Positions 9,989 through 20,813 of a stretch of DNA of 62,185 nucleotides are shown here, piece by piece (the stretch's first letter is position 1; each line of letters opens with the position of its first letter). The position numbers were made by a program, and so were the translations under genes. Origin of the DNA: Bacteroidia bacterium (GTDB lineage Bacteria; Bacteroidota; Bacteroidia; Bacteroidales; VadinHA17); contig JAPLDX010000040.1 of the NCBI GenBank assembly GCA_026391215.1, forward strand, positions 1 to 62,185. The letters run 5' to 3'. The notes under the pieces were generated by a model, which was given only the letters and a program-made list of their open reading frames with translations, was not told the DNA's origin and ran no database searches.

Positions 9989-10462
9989 ATGGCAGATATT
10001 TTATACGTAACGGAAGAAGGTCTTCAAAAGCTAAAAGAAGAGCTTGATAAACTCAGGATTGATGAGAGACCCATGATCGCCAGGCTGATATCTGATGCCA
10101 GGGATAAGGGGGATCTTACTGAAAATGCAGAATATTCAGCAGCAAAGGAAGAACAGGGCATGCTTGAGATGAAAATCGCCAGGCTTGAGGATATTATCTC
10201 AAGATCAAGATTAATAGACGGATCCAAAATTGACTCTAAAACCGTCAGGATATTAAACAAGGTAAGAATCAGGAATAAGCAGACTAACAAAGAGATGGAA
10301 TACCAGCTTGTACCTGAGAGCGAGGCTGATTTCAAGCTAGGCAAGATTGCCGTCAGTTCACCGATTGCCCAGGGGCTAATGGGCAGAACGGTGGGCGAAA
10401 TAATTAAAATCAAAGTCCCTTCCGGGATAATACCAATTGAGATTATTTCTATCTCTGTGTAA
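9989..10462 (+). CDS. greA: Transcription elongation factor GreA
   Basis: ARDKGDLTENAEY and IAVSSPIAQGLMG. ATG at 9989 (MADILYVTEEG) is preferred over the upstream TTG. Confidence 0.95.
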   Translation: MADILYVTEEGLQKLKEELDKLRIDERPMIARLISDARDKGDLTENAEYSAAKEEQGMLEMKIARLEDIISRSRLIDGSKIDSKTVRILNKVRIRNKQTNKEMEYQLVPESEADFKLGKIAVSSPIAQGLMGRTVGEIIKIKVPSGIIPIEIISISV

Positions 10463-10472
10463 TATATACATT

Positions 10473-10871
10473 ATGACAACTATTTTTTCAAAGATCATAA
10501 AGGGCGAGATACCCTGTTATAAGATCGCTGAAGATAACAGGTATTTTGCCTTTCTTGATATAAATCCCCTGAAAGCAGGTCATACACTCGTTGTCCCCAA
10601 ACAGGAAACGGATTACGTTTTTGATCTCGATGATGATCAGCTGGCAGGACTGATGGTTTTTTCAAAGAAAGTGGCTGCAGCAATTAAATCTGTGATCCCC
10701 TGTAATCGTATAGCCATAGCTGTTGTAGGTATTGAAGTGCCGCATGCTCATGTTCACCTTATTCCAATGGATACCATGAACGATATTAACTTCAGAAATC
10801 CAAAGCTCAAATTTACTCCGGAGGAGTTTAAGGAAATCGCTGAAAAAATAAGCAGCAAAGTAATCCTGTAA
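10473..10871 (+). CDS. HIT family nucleotide hydrolase
   Basis: TIFSKIIKGEIP, FLDINP, GHTLVVPK, histidine triad HAHVHLI. ATG at 10473. Confidence 0.92.
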   Translation: MTTIFSKIIKGEIPCYKIAEDNRYFAFLDINPLKAGHTLVVPKQETDYVFDLDDDQLAGLMVFSKKVAAAIKSVIPCNRIAIAVVGIEVPHAHVHLIPMDTMNDINFRNPKLKFTPEEFKEIAEKISSKVIL

Positions 10872-10913
10872 TATTTGTTTCCATTATCTTTATAGTATAA
10901 TTCAGCTCGCTGC

Positions 10914-11615
10914 ATGAGTTATCTGTATGATCTGTGGGACGATTTCATAAGTCTTCTTTTTCCGAGGCTTTGCTATGCCTGTGGAAATCATCTTTCAAGA
11001 AATGAAAACCTCATATGTACGGAATGTTACATTTTAATTCCCAGAACAGGTTATCATCTTGAGCCGGACAATCCTGTAGAAAAACTATTCTGGGGAAGAT
11101 GCAGGATAGAGAAAGCCGCCGCTTTTTCATTTTACAATAAGGGAAGCCGTATTAGAAATCTCATACATAATCTTAAATATAAGGGAATCAGGGATGTAGG
11201 ATACGAGCTTGGCAGGATTTACGGAGAGACACTTAAAAATTCAGATTTTACCGATGATATTGATATTATAATTCCGGTACCTCTTCATCCTTCAAAAAAA
11301 CGGATCAGGGGATTTAATCAGAGCGATATTATTTCACAAGGTCTTTCTGAAGCCACAGGCCTGCCAATCGATAAATTATTGCTATCAAGAATAACAGTCA
11401 GCAGCACCCAGACAAAAAAGTCAAGATACGAGCGATGGACAAATGTTGAAGGAATTTTCAGTGTTGCTGATGTTGCAAACCTTAGAGGGAAGCATGTTCT
11501 GCTTGTTGATGATGTCATAACTACAGGCTCAACCATTGAATCATGTGCAACCGAATTGCTTAAAACAGAAGGAGTAAGGGTAAGTGTTGTGGCATTGGCG
11601 GTAGCCCCTGCATGA
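10914..11615 (+). CDS. comF: ComF family protein (zinc finger + phosphoribosyltransferase-like)
   Basis: LLFPRLCYAC..CTEC, PVPLH, RGFNQS, LLVDDVITTGST. Confidence 0.88.
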   Translation: MSYLYDLWDDFISLLFPRLCYACGNHLSRNENLICTECYILIPRTGYHLEPDNPVEKLFWGRCRIEKAAAFSFYNKGSRIRNLIHNLKYKGIRDVGYELGRIYGETLKNSDFTDDIDIIIPVPLHPSKKRIRGFNQSDIISQGLSEATGLPIDKLLLSRITVSSTQTKKSRYERWTNVEGIFSVADVANLRGKHVLLVDDVITTGSTIESCATELLKTEGVRVSVVALAVAPA

Positions 11616-11623
11616 AAACGGGA

Positions 11624-12175
11624 TCATTTTACCCTTCCCGGATTTTTCTTCATAAAATCTTTCCAGCCAGAGTAAGCTTTTTTACTCTGCGGATTCCCTG
11701 TCTGATAAAAATGGCATAATGCAGCTGCAAGGCCATCTGTTGCATCGAGTTTGATTGACTCTCCTTTAAATTTGAGAATATGCATCAACATGGCGGCCAC
11801 CTGTTCCTTGGAAGCTGCTCCCTGCCCTGTTATTGACATTTTTATTTTTCGCGGAGCATATTCATAAATCGGAAGCGAACGTGAAAGGGCAGCGGCTATG
11901 GCTGCTCCCTGTGCCCTTCCAAGCTTCAACATCGATTGGACATTCTTGCCGTAGAAAGGAGCCTCTATTGCCAGCTCATCCGGGTGGTATTCCTCAATTA
12001 TCCCCAGCGTCCTGTCGAAAATATGCTTAAGCTTCAGGTAATGGTCGCCTAATTTCGATAATTCAATCGCACCTATGGCAATAAGCTCAGGACTATTGCC
12101 TGTTGCCCTTATTACACCATAGCCTGTAATATTTGTCCCGGGGTCGATGCCAAGGATTATTCTTTGGATAGGCAT
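11624..12175 (-). CDS. ruvC: Holliday junction resolvase RuvC
   Basis: ILGIDPGT, AIEAPF, EYAPRKIK, DATDGLAAALCH. Confidence 0.95.
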   Translation of the reverse strand: MPIQRIILGIDPGTNITGYGVIRATGNSPELIAIGAIELSKLGDHYLKLKHIFDRTLGIIEEYHPDELAIEAPFYGKNVQSMLKLGRAQGAAIAAALSRSLPIYEYAPRKIKMSITGQGAASKEQVAAMLMHILKFKGESIKLDATDGLAAALCHFYQTGNPQSKKAYSGWKDFMKKNPGRVK

Positions 12176-13470
12176 TATTTTCTGATTACAAAAGCATTGT
12201 TCATCCAGGAAGGTTTTTCCGAGAACTGTGCATAACGGCTGAATTTTTCAGCTCCCTTGCCTGTGAAGGATCCTGTCTGAAGCCATGAGATAGCTTCCTT
12301 AAGGCACTCCTCATTACGGTCATCAAAATCATGTGCGATATCATCCGTTGCAACTTTTGTCGGAACCATACCGTCATAATACTCGCCTTCATTGGCTGAG
12401 TTCACAATTTTAAAAGTAACAGGCCAGAAGAAATACTTCTTTTTGCAGATCCACCCGTTCATTCCCATGGGCTTTCCTAGTGTTGTGTCACCAATACTGA
12501 TCAGATTAAGGTGAGGTTTCAGTCCGTTCATTACAGCTTCACTGGCAGAAGCTGTGAGGCGGGTGGTTATTACCGCAAGTCTTGGTAATGAAAGCGGATA
12601 TGAAGTTTTTTGAAATGCGAATGTATTATTTGCTGACTGAGATTTAGCATTGTAGGACAATTTGGCAAATGTTGTACCAGTTATCGAGTTACCTGCTATA
12701 TAGCTTGCAAGCTGTTGTGCAATATAGAGGTATCCTCCTGAATTATACCTTAGATCAACTATAAGATCCTTAACATTATTTGCCTGGAAGAAAGCAAAAG
12801 CTGTTTCCAGCTCACCTTCTGATGGTTCTATAAAAGATTCAAAAACGAGATGTCCTGTTATCCCTGATGAAAGATGAAGGGTATCATATAGTATTACGGT
12901 ATTAATAGTAAAGCTTTGTTTTGTGGAAGAAATTGTCACTTCCGTTCCGTCCGGCTTCTGGAAAATGAATGCATTTGTTACACCGGCTGTTGATGGCCCT
13001 ATAGCATTTTGATATGCCTCTCCGTCATTTGCAAGCAGTATCTGTGCTATGTCATATCCGTTGATCTTTTTTACTATCCAGCCGCGGCGTACTCCCTCCA
13101 GATAAAGTGGAGAATTATTATAGATCATTGCAATTCTGGCGTTCAATGATTTGTCGAGGCCTATCCTGAAACCATGTCCTACAAATGTTCCTCCCATCTC
13201 AGCTATAAATTCATCATAATCGGCGACAAAACTCCATTTGTCCATTTCTTTATATCTCATTGCTTCAAGGAGTTCATACGGATTTGGATAATTTATCCTT
13301 TCGACTGCAGGCATCAAATTGAACCAGTAATACCATTGTTTCATTATATAATACAGAGTATCCCTGGCCATGGCTGGCACACCATCGGTAGTAATAGGAT
13401 CAGGCTCATCTTTTTTGCATGAGCCTAATAAGGTAAGTACTATCAGAAGGAGAGGAAGTAACTTCTTCAT
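12175..13470 (-). CDS. S41 family peptidase lipoprotein with PDZ-like domain
   Basis: Lipobox LLGSC, WYYW, DLRYNSGGY, TASASE, GDTTLGK. Confidence 0.85.
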   Translation of the reverse strand: MKKLLPLLLIVLTLLGSCKKDEPDPITTDGVPAMARDTLYYIMKQWYYWFNLMPAVERINYPNPYELLEAMRYKEMDKWSFVADYDEFIAEMGGTFVGHGFRIGLDKSLNARIAMIYNNSPLYLEGVRRGWIVKKINGYDIAQILLANDGEAYQNAIGPSTAGVTNAFIFQKPDGTEVTISSTKQSFTINTVILYDTLHLSSGITGHLVFESFIEPSEGELETAFAFFQANNVKDLIVDLRYNSGGYLYIAQQLASYIAGNSITGTTFAKLSYNAKSQSANNTFAFQKTSYPLSLPRLAVITTRLTASASEAVMNGLKPHLNLISIGDTTLGKPMGMNGWICKKKYFFWPVTFKIVNSANEGEYYDGMVPTKVATDDIAHDFDDRNEECLKEAISWLQTGSFTGKGAEKFSRYAQFSEKPSWMNNAFVIRK

Positions 13471-13507
13471 TAATTTTCTATGCTTTTAAGGATTCAAAGT
13501 TAATAAT

Positions 13508-14398
13508 TTATCCCTTTACCGGCTTGCGGTTCTGGATCCAAATTCCGGCAACGATCAGAACCAGACCGACAGGAGTCGTATAATAAACGGGTTCATGGAG
13601 GATAAAGTGTACAAATACCAGGGAAAGAAATGGTGCAAGATATACCAGGGTGCTGACCTTATCTGTTGAAGGTGCCAGCTGAAGTGCTTTCAGCCAGAAA
13701 AAGAATGTCAGTCCCATTTCAAAAATGCCGACATATACCGCAGCAGCAATTCCCCTGAAGCCTGATCCTGCCGGAATCCAGTCTCCTGTCACAAGCATTG
13801 CTATTATCAGGTAAACAGATCCAAAAAAGAAATTAAGAAACAACTTTACAGCTTCGTCCCTCTTGTCCCTGACATTCAGGATAAAATAAAATGCCCAGAA
13901 AAACGAACTGCCTGTGGCAAGCAATACACCTTTCAGGTCAGAATGGGCATTATCAAACAATTTTCCCTGCGAAGAAATGATATAAACTCCTGCAAAACAT
14001 ATAAATAGAGAAATGAAGCTTTTGCTCTTTATTTTTTGTCCGAGTATCGGAACTGAGAGAAATACAAGAATTATCGGCCAGATCATATTCAGCGGCTGGG
14101 CTATCTGTGCAGGGAGCAGCTGGTATGCTTTCAGAAGGATCAGGTAGTACAGAAAAGGATTAATAAGTCCAAGAAGCGCTGAGTGCAGGAGTTCTTTGCG
14201 GGAGGTCTTTTTGATCAGGTCAATCTTCCTGCCTGATATGAGGATGACGAAAAGGACTGCTGTTGAGGTGAAGGTTGCAATCGCCAGCATATGAAGAATA
14301 CTGAGCTCACCCAGGCTGATCTTGAAGGCTGTCGGGACAGTTGACCAGAAGAGTATGGCCAGCAAGGCATAAATATAGGATTGCCGGGTTTTGTCCAT
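13508..14398 (-). CDS. DMT/EamA family transporter
   Basis: About 10 hydrophobic segments in two EamA-like repeats. Confidence 0.85.
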   Translation of the reverse strand: MDKTRQSYIYALLAILFWSTVPTAFKISLGELSILHMLAIATFTSTAVLFVILISGRKIDLIKKTSRKELLHSALLGLINPFLYYLILLKAYQLLPAQIAQPLNMIWPIILVFLSVPILGQKIKSKSFISLFICFAGVYIISSQGKLFDNAHSDLKGVLLATGSSFFWAFYFILNVRDKRDEAVKLFLNFFFGSVYLIIAMLVTGDWIPAGSGFRGIAAAVYVGIFEMGLTFFFWLKALQLAPSTDKVSTLVYLAPFLSLVFVHFILHEPVYYTTPVGLVLIVAGIWIQNRKPVKG

Positions 14399-14425
14399 TG
14401 AGTAGAATCCTCCATTCTTCTTTTT

Positions 14426-14515
14426 ACCCCCCTATCCCCCTAAAGGGGGGCTATAAACCCCTCTGAATATCAGTTAGTTATGGGTTTTAACCCCCCTTTA
14501 GGGGGGCAGGGGGGT
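14426..14515. repeat. C/G-tract REP-like doublet, short-stem variant (copy D, at the serS 3' end)
   Basis: ACCCCCCTATCCCCCTAAAGGGGGG (14426-14450) and its inverted copy at 14491-14515 (2 mismatches), 40-nt linker. Confidence 0.85.
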
Positions 14516-15789
14516 TAATTTATTATCTCGAATCCCGTGTAGGGTACAAGTACCCCGGGGATTTTAATTCCGGCCTCGCTCTGATTGTTCTCAAGCAATG
14601 CAGCCACAATTCTTGGCAGTGCGAGGGCACTGCCGTTAAGTGTATGTACAAGCCGTGTTTGTTTATCGCCTTTTTCCTTAAACCTGCATTTCAGCCTGTT
14701 GGCCTGGAAAGACTCAAAATTTGATACAGAGCTGACTTCCAGCCATCTTTTCTGAGCAGCTGACCAGACCTCGAAATCATAGGTAAGGGCTGAAGTGAAT
14801 GACATATCTCCGCCACAGAGCTTTAATATACGGTATGGAAGGTCAAGCTTGATAATCAGGCTCTCCACGTGGTTCACCATATCTTCAAGAGACTTATATG
14901 ATTTGTCCGGATGTGCAATCTGGACAATTTCGACCTTATCGAACTGATGGAGCCTGTTAAGCCCTCTTACATGGGCGCCCCATGAACCGGCTTCCCTCCT
15001 GAAGCACGGTGTGTAGGCAATGTTCATGACAGGAAGGTCTTCAGCGCTCAGGATCACATCCCTGTAAATATTTGTCACTGGTACCTCGGCAGTAGGGATC
15101 AGGTAAAAATTATCAATGCCTACATGGTACATCTGTCCTTCTTTATCCGGAAGTTGTCCGGTACCAAAGCCGGAATCTTCATTAACTAAGATCGGTGGTA
15201 AGACTTCATTGTATCCTGCTTTGGTTCCCTCGTCAAGGAAAAAGCTTATCAGCGCCCTCTCAAGCCTGGCACCCTTGCCCTTGTAAACAGGAAAACCTGC
15301 TCCTGTAAGCTTAATTCCAAGATCAAAATCAATTATGTCATATTTCTTTATAAGGTCCCAGTGAGGCAGAAAAGTATCAGGAACATCAATAATCGCTCCG
15401 CCTTTCTTCACTATTACATTATTATCTGCTCCGTGTCCTGCTGGTACAGATTCATGCGGCAGGTTGGGCAGACGTACAATTTCATTCTTCAGATCGTTAT
15501 CGATAGGTATCAGCTTCTCTGACAGGGTCCTGATCTCCTCTTTAAGCCTGTAGGTATTTTCCTTGGCTGCTTCAGCTTCACTTTTTTTACCATTTTTTAT
15601 CAGGGCTCCGATCTCTTTTGATATGCGGTTCATTTCAGCCTGCATAGTGTCAGATCTGGATATTATCTCGCGGCGTGATGAATCAAGCAACAGGATCTTG
15701 TCAATTATCTCTTCTGCTTTGAAGTTTTTTATTTTGAGACGCTCAATGATAAAATCTCTTTCTTCGCGGATACGGTTAATAGTAAGCAT
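14515..15789 (-). CDS. serS: Serine--tRNA ligase
   Basis: LPNLPH, GTGQLP, LIPTAEV, FRREAG, RLHQFDKVE, HTLNGSALA. ATG at 15789. Confidence 0.96.
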   Translation of the reverse strand: MLTINRIREERDFIIERLKIKNFKAEEIIDKILLLDSSRREIISRSDTMQAEMNRISKEIGALIKNGKKSEAEAAKENTYRLKEEIRTLSEKLIPIDNDLKNEIVRLPNLPHESVPAGHGADNNVIVKKGGAIIDVPDTFLPHWDLIKKYDIIDFDLGIKLTGAGFPVYKGKGARLERALISFFLDEGTKAGYNEVLPPILVNEDSGFGTGQLPDKEGQMYHVGIDNFYLIPTAEVPVTNIYRDVILSAEDLPVMNIAYTPCFRREAGSWGAHVRGLNRLHQFDKVEIVQIAHPDKSYKSLEDMVNHVESLIIKLDLPYRILKLCGGDMSFTSALTYDFEVWSAAQKRWLEVSSVSNFESFQANRLKCRFKEKGDKQTRLVHTLNGSALALPRIVAALLENNQSEAGIKIPGVLVPYTGFEIIN

Positions 15790-15845
15790 TTTCAATTATT
15801 ATTTAATAAAAAAGCAGGCTGATAAAAGCCCGCAGTAAAAGTATT

Positions 15846-15894
15846 AAAAAACTCCCGAAATTACTTTTCACTGTATGAAAAGAATTTCGGGAGT
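15846..15894 (-). terminator. Intrinsic terminator after rplU-rpmA
   Basis: ACTCCCGAAATT..CTTTTCA-ctgta-TGAAAAG..AATTTCGGGAGT long stem, with an A-tract on the left (U-tract on the minus strand). Confidence 0.75.
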
Positions 15895-15916
15895 ATGATT
15901 GCCTGAAGATATGTGG

Positions 15917-16177
15917 TTAATTGCTTACCGGTTTAACGGAAACGTATGATTTGTTATTCTTCTTTTTCCTGAATTCAACTTCTCCGTCTGCGAGAGCATA
16001 TAAGGTATGGTCTTTTCCAAGTCCGACATTAATACCGGGATTGTGTTTGGTACCTCTCTGGCGGACAATAATATTGCCGGCTTTCACAACGTTGCCACCG
16101 AAAAGCTTCACTCCCAGCCGTTTGCTCTGTGAATCACGACCGTTGCGCGAACTGCCTGCTCCTTTCTTGTGTGCCAT
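15917..16177 (-). CDS. rpmA: 50S ribosomal protein L27
   Basis: [30 protein letters not shown]. Confidence 0.98.
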   Translation of the reverse strand: MAHKKGAGSSRNGRDSQSKRLGVKLFGGNVVKAGNIIVRQRGTKHNPGINVGLGKDHTLYALADGEVEFRKKKNNKSYVSVKPVSN

Positions 16178-16212
16178 GGTTAATGATATTAAATATGATT
16201 ATTGATCTTATT

Positions 16213-16740
16213 CTAAGCTTTTCCTTTGGGAGATTTCTTCTCCGTGGATTTTTTTACTGCCGGTTTCTTTTCTGCAGTTTTCTTCCCGGCAGGTTTTTTT
16301 ACCTCAGCTTTTTCTTTCCTGGCGGCAGGCTTTTTGGTCTCTTTTTTCACGGTGCTCTTCTTTTCTGCAACCGGTTCAACAGCAACTTTAATGGCTTCTT
16401 TCTTAACAGCAGGTTTCTTCTGCGAAGTCTTCCCGTTAATGTTGATTATTTCAATCTGGGTGAAGTTCTGACGGTGTCCGTTCTTAATCCTGTAGCCTTT
16501 TTTCCTCTTTTTCTTGAATACGATAACTTTATCGCCTCTTACGTGATCAACTATCTTGCCTTCCACAAAAGAGTCTTTAACAACCGGTTCGCCTACTGAT
16601 ATTTTACCATCCTCCTCAACCAGCAGAACATGATCGAACTTTATATTCTTTCCTTCTTCAATATCCAGGCGATGAACAAAAATCTTCTTGCCTTCTTCTA
16701 CTTTAAACTGCTGACCTGCAATTTCTACGATAGCGTACAT
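16213..16740 (-). CDS. rplU: 50S ribosomal protein L21 with Lys/Ala/Pro-rich C-terminal extension
   Basis: MYAIVEIAGQQFKV, KVIVFKKKRKKGY, GHRQ, then about 70 aa of KKPA-type tail. Confidence 0.96.
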   Translation of the reverse strand: MYAIVEIAGQQFKVEEGKKIFVHRLDIEEGKNIKFDHVLLVEEDGKISVGEPVVKDSFVEGKIVDHVRGDKVIVFKKKRKKGYRIKNGHRQNFTQIEIININGKTSQKKPAVKKEAIKVAVEPVAEKKSTVKKETKKPAARKEKAEVKKPAGKKTAEKKPAVKKSTEKKSPKGKA

Positions 16741-16768
16741 TTCTTTTTATTAATTCATTTTCGGACTG

Positions 16769-16776
16769 CAAAGATA
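16769..16776 (-). promoter_or_regulatory. Bacteroidota -7 box for rplU-rpmA
   Basis: CAAAGATA on the plus strand = TATCTTTG. Confidence 0.6.
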
Positions 16777-16860
16777 TACAATTTCAATTATTTTCAAGCC
16801 AATGAGTACAATTTTTTAGCAAAAAGGTTTTTTTGACCATCCATTTACTTCTATTATCTT

Positions 16861-16868
16861 TATATTTG
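16861..16868 (+). promoter_or_regulatory. Bacteroidota -7 box for the nuclease-thyA-folA operon
   Basis: TATATTTG. Confidence 0.55.
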
Positions 16869-16913
16869 TCAGTGAGAAGTGTAACTCATGTTTATAGCGC
16901 ATAACTAATTGAT

Positions 16914-17507
16914 ATGAAAAGAATTAAGCTTAAGGTAATGGGCATTTCTTATAGTCAGACCCAATCGGGAGCTTATGCGCTTTTACTGATAGAAGAGAAT
17001 GGAGACAGGAGAATTCCGATTATTATCGGAGGCTTTGAAGCACAGGCAATTGTAATAAAGCTCGAGAACCTGGAACCGCCAAGGCCGCTTACTCATGACC
17101 TGATTAAAAAAATAGCAGACCAGTTTGATATTACAATCATCGAAGTTGTGATCCATAAGCTTGAAGAGGGCGTATTCTTTTCAAAACTTGTATGTAACAA
17201 TGGAGAAAAGGAATACTCTATTGACAGCAGAACTTCTGATGCTGTCGCTATTGCTTTAAGGTTCGGATGTCCGATTTACATAATGGAGGATATCCTTGAA
17301 AAGGCACAATTGACCAACAGTCCGTCTGATACTGATTTATCTTCAGCAAATGGAACTGAAACAATAGCTGAATCCAGTCCCAAGTATGCAACATATTCTG
17401 ATGAGGAGCTCTATAAAATGATAGATGAAGCGGTAAAGACAGAAGATTATGAACGTGCTGCCGCAATACGGGATGAGATAGAAAAGAGGAAGAAGAAAAG
17501 ACAATAA
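16914..17507 (+). CDS. Bifunctional nuclease family protein (DUF151) with C-terminal UVR motif
   Basis: [48 protein letters not shown]. Confidence 0.88.
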   Translation: MKRIKLKVMGISYSQTQSGAYALLLIEENGDRRIPIIIGGFEAQAIVIKLENLEPPRPLTHDLIKKIADQFDITIIEVVIHKLEEGVFFSKLVCNNGEKEYSIDSRTSDAVAIALRFGCPIYIMEDILEKAQLTNSPSDTDLSSANGTETIAESSPKYATYSDEELYKMIDEAVKTEDYERAAAIRDEIEKRKKKRQ

Positions 17508-17509
17508 GG

Positions 17510-18304
17510 ATGAAGCAATATCTTGGGCTTCTTGATCATGTACTGAAGAACGGGACAGAGAAGCGCGACAGAACGGGTACCGGTACTATAAGCGTATTCG
17601 GCTACCAGATGAGATATAATCTTGAAGAGGGCTTCCCTCTGCTGACAACAAAAAAGCTTCATCTTAAATCCATTATTTATGAATTGCTATGGTTCATTTC
17701 AGGTGATACCAATATTAAATATCTCAATGACAACGGGGTAAAAATTTGGAATGAATGGGCAGATGAGGATGGAAACCTCGGTCCGGTTTATGGTTACCAG
17801 TGGCGTTCATGGACGGCTGACGGGAACAGGAAAATTGACCAGCTTACAAACGTGATCAATTCAATTAAAAGCTCGCCGGAATCCCGACGTCATATTGTCT
17901 GTGCATGGAATGTTGGAGAGATAGAGAAAATGGCCCTTCCTCCATGCCATGTCGTGTTTCAGTTTTATGTCGCAGGAGGAAAGCTCTCCTGCCAGCTCTA
18001 CCAGAGAAGCTGCGATATTTTTATCGGAATACCCTTCAACATTGCATCCTATGCACTTCTCACACTGATGGTTGCTCATGTCACAGGGCTAAAACCAGGT
18101 GATTTTGTCCATACGCTTGGTGATGCCCATATTTATCTTAACCATCTTGAACAGGTGAAATTGCAGCTTACCCGCAAGCCGTATCCCTTACCGGGAATGG
18201 TTATAAATCCTTCAGTAACCGATATTTATAAATTCCGCTTCGAGGATTTCACACTTGTTAATTACATATCTCATCCACATATTAAAGGAGAAATTTCAGT
18301 ATGA
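17510..18304 (+). CDS. thyA: Thymidylate synthase
   Basis: [43 protein letters not shown]. Confidence 0.98.
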   Translation: MKQYLGLLDHVLKNGTEKRDRTGTGTISVFGYQMRYNLEEGFPLLTTKKLHLKSIIYELLWFISGDTNIKYLNDNGVKIWNEWADEDGNLGPVYGYQWRSWTADGNRKIDQLTNVINSIKSSPESRRHIVCAWNVGEIEKMALPPCHVVFQFYVAGGKLSCQLYQRSCDIFIGIPFNIASYALLTLMVAHVTGLKPGDFVHTLGDAHIYLNHLEQVKLQLTRKPYPLPGMVINPSVTDIYKFRFEDFTLVNYISHPHIKGEISV

Positions 18305-18789
18305 TATCAATAATAGTCGCTGTTTCTGAAGATCTTGGGATCGGGAAAAACAATGATCTTTTATGGCACATCCCGGAAGATCTCAGGCGTTTTAAAAGAC
18401 TGACATACGGTAATACCGTGATAATGGGCAAGAGAACCTGGGAATCATTGCCAAAAAGGCCATTGCAAGGGCGTAAAAATGTTGTAATAACGGATATTCC
18501 TCATGAGAGTTTTGAAAATGCAGTAACAGCATACTCAATAGATGATGCTCTGGCTAAATGCGAAAAGGAGGAGGAGATATTTATTATCGGAGGGGGAAGC
18601 ATATACAGGCAGTTCATGCCGCTTGCCGACAGGCTTTATATAACTCATGTTCATAAAAAAACACCTGCAGACATATATTTCCCCAAAATAGATAGAGAAA
18701 CCTGGGAAGTTATTGAAAAAGAGGAGTTTAAGGCAGGTAATGACAATGAGATTCCTTATACATATGTCATATATGAAAGGGGAAAATAA
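18301..18789 (+). CDS. folA: Dihydrofolate reductase
   Basis: [33 protein letters not shown]. Overlaps the thyA stop. Confidence 0.95.
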   Translation: MISIIVAVSEDLGIGKNNDLLWHIPEDLRRFKRLTYGNTVIMGKRTWESLPKRPLQGRKNVVITDIPHESFENAVTAYSIDDALAKCEKEEEIFIIGGGSIYRQFMPLADRLYITHVHKKTPADIYFPKIDRETWEVIEKEEFKAGNDNEIPYTYVIYERGK

Positions 18790-18844
18790 TTTTAAATAAT
18801 TATGGAACCGCTCCGCTGTTACATCAGCGCTTAATATTCGTTTT

Positions 18845-20062
18845 TCAGGAAGCTTTCAGCACATTCATTTCTATTCTTTCCAGCTTGCTGGACGCATAAT
18901 CGACAGTTATTGTAAGCTCATCTTTACCCACCGAAGGCATTTCAAACATTGCATCGAGCATGATAGTTTCACAAATTGACCTTAGTCCGCGTGCGCCAAG
19001 CTTGAACTCAATAGCCTTATCGACTATGAAATCAAGAACCCCGTCAGCAAAAGAAAGGTCAATATTATCCATTTTGAAAAGCTTGATATATTGCTTTACC
19101 AGCGCATTTTTGGGTTCAGTGAGGATTGCCCTGAGCGCTTTCCTGTCGAGAGGATCAAGATGGGTAACCACCGGAAGTCTTCCGATTATCTCAGGGATCA
19201 GGCCATAAGCTCTCAGATCCTGCGGTGCGATATATTTAAGAAGGTTATCCTTATCAACCTTCTCCCTGACTTTTGAAGCTCCATAACCGACAATCTGTGT
19301 ATTAAGCCTGCTTGCAATCTTTTTTTCTATGCCAACGAAAGCTCCTCCGCATATAAAAAGGATATTCTTTGTATCCACAGGGATCATTTTCTGTTCCGGG
19401 TGCTTTCGTCCTCCCTGGGGAGGTACATTTACAATTGATCCTTCCAGCAGCTTCAGCAGTCCCTGCTGCACACCCTCACCCGATACGTCGCGGGTTATTG
19501 ATGGATTATCGCCTTCCTTTCTTGCGATCTTGTCGATCTCATCTATGAAGACAATTCCCTTTTCTGCAGCTTTTACATCATAATCTGCATTCTGGAGCAG
19601 ACGTGTAAGAAGACTCTCAATATCTTCACCGACGTAACCGGCTTCAGTAAGTACCGTTGCATCAACTATCGTAAACGGAACATGAAGCATTTTTGCCACG
19701 GTTCTTGCAAGAAGAGTTTTGCCTGTTCCGGTTTCTCCCGCAAGTATAATGTTTGATTTCTCAATCTCAATCTCGTCGGCATCAGCTTTTTGCATCAGCC
19801 TCTTGTAATGATTATAGACTGCTACGGATATGATCTTTTTGGCCATATCCTGACCGATCACATACTGATCGAGGAAGCTTTTTATTTCAGCAGGTTTAAG
19901 GAGGTTAATGGTATCGAACCTTGGATTTTTCTTATTGCCAAGCTCTTCGTTCATTATGCTGTAAGCCTGCTCGATGCAATGGTCACAGATATGACCTTCA
20001 AGCCCTGCAACGAGCATGTTGGCCTCTTTCTTCGTTCTGCCGCAGAATGAACACTTATCCAT
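18845..20062 (-). CDS. clpX: ATP-dependent Clp protease ATP-binding subunit ClpX
   Basis: CSFCG..CDHC zinc finger, [41 protein letters not shown]. Confidence 0.97.
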   Translation of the reverse strand: MDKCSFCGRTKKEANMLVAGLEGHICDHCIEQAYSIMNEELGNKKNPRFDTINLLKPAEIKSFLDQYVIGQDMAKKIISVAVYNHYKRLMQKADADEIEIEKSNIILAGETGTGKTLLARTVAKMLHVPFTIVDATVLTEAGYVGEDIESLLTRLLQNADYDVKAAEKGIVFIDEIDKIARKEGDNPSITRDVSGEGVQQGLLKLLEGSIVNVPPQGGRKHPEQKMIPVDTKNILFICGGAFVGIEKKIASRLNTQIVGYGASKVREKVDKDNLLKYIAPQDLRAYGLIPEIIGRLPVVTHLDPLDRKALRAILTEPKNALVKQYIKLFKMDNIDLSFADGVLDFIVDKAIEFKLGARGLRSICETIMLDAMFEMPSVGKDELTITVDYASSKLERIEMNVLKAS

Positions 20063-20745
20063 TATTCCTTATGTTCTGTTTTTTGAAGGATCTCATCGAT
20101 CATCCCGTAATCCTTTGCTTCCTGGGAGGTCATCCAGTAATCCCTGTCAGAATCTTTTTCAACTTTTTCCACAGGGTTCCCGGAATGGAATGCGATTATC
20201 TCGTAAAGCTCTCTTTTAAGCTTTATAATTTCACGAGCCTGGATTTCAATATCTGATGCCTGACCTTCAAATCCGCCTGCCGGCTGGTGGATCATGATCC
20301 TTGAATGTTTCAAAGCAGATCTTTTTCCTTTTGTGCCTGCCGTCAGAAGAACAGCACCCATTGAAGCAGCCATCCCTGTACAGATAGTTGCTATGTCGGC
20401 TGAGATATATTGCATTGTATCATATATGCCAAGCCCGGCATTGACCCCTCCTCCCGGAGTATTGAAATAGATCTGGATGTCTTTCCCCGGATCCGATGAA
20501 TCAAGGTAAAGCAGCTGCGCCTGAATAATGTTAGCTACGTAATCATCTATAGGCAGTCCAAGGAAGATTATCCTGTCCATCATCAGACGTGAGAAAACGT
20601 CCATTGAAGCTACGTTTAATTGCCTTTCCTCAATGATGGTCGGTGAAATGTAGCTGCTCCATATTTTTGAGTACTTTTGCAGCGAAAGACTGCTAATACC
20701 GAATTTGCTTCTTGCATACTTTCCGAAATCGTCAATATTGCTCAT
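20062..20745 (-). CDS. clpP: Clp protease proteolytic subunit ClpP
   Basis: [34 protein letters not shown]. Confidence 0.97.
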   Translation of the reverse strand: MSNIDDFGKYARSKFGISSLSLQKYSKIWSSYISPTIIEERQLNVASMDVFSRLMMDRIIFLGLPIDDYVANIIQAQLLYLDSSDPGKDIQIYFNTPGGGVNAGLGIYDTMQYISADIATICTGMAASMGAVLLTAGTKGKRSALKHSRIMIHQPAGGFEGQASDIEIQAREIIKLKRELYEIIAFHSGNPVEKVEKDSDRDYWMTSQEAKDYGMIDEILQKTEHKE

Positions 20746-20770
20746 TTTGAATTTTTTAGTTTTAAAGAAA

Positions 20771-20778
20771 CAAAGATA
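20771..20778 (-). promoter_or_regulatory. Bacteroidota -7 box for clpP-clpX
   Basis: CAAAGATA on the plus strand = TATCTTTG. Confidence 0.55.
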
Positions 20779-20813
20779 CTAAAATAATAATAATCACTGC
20801 AATGCATTGATTA

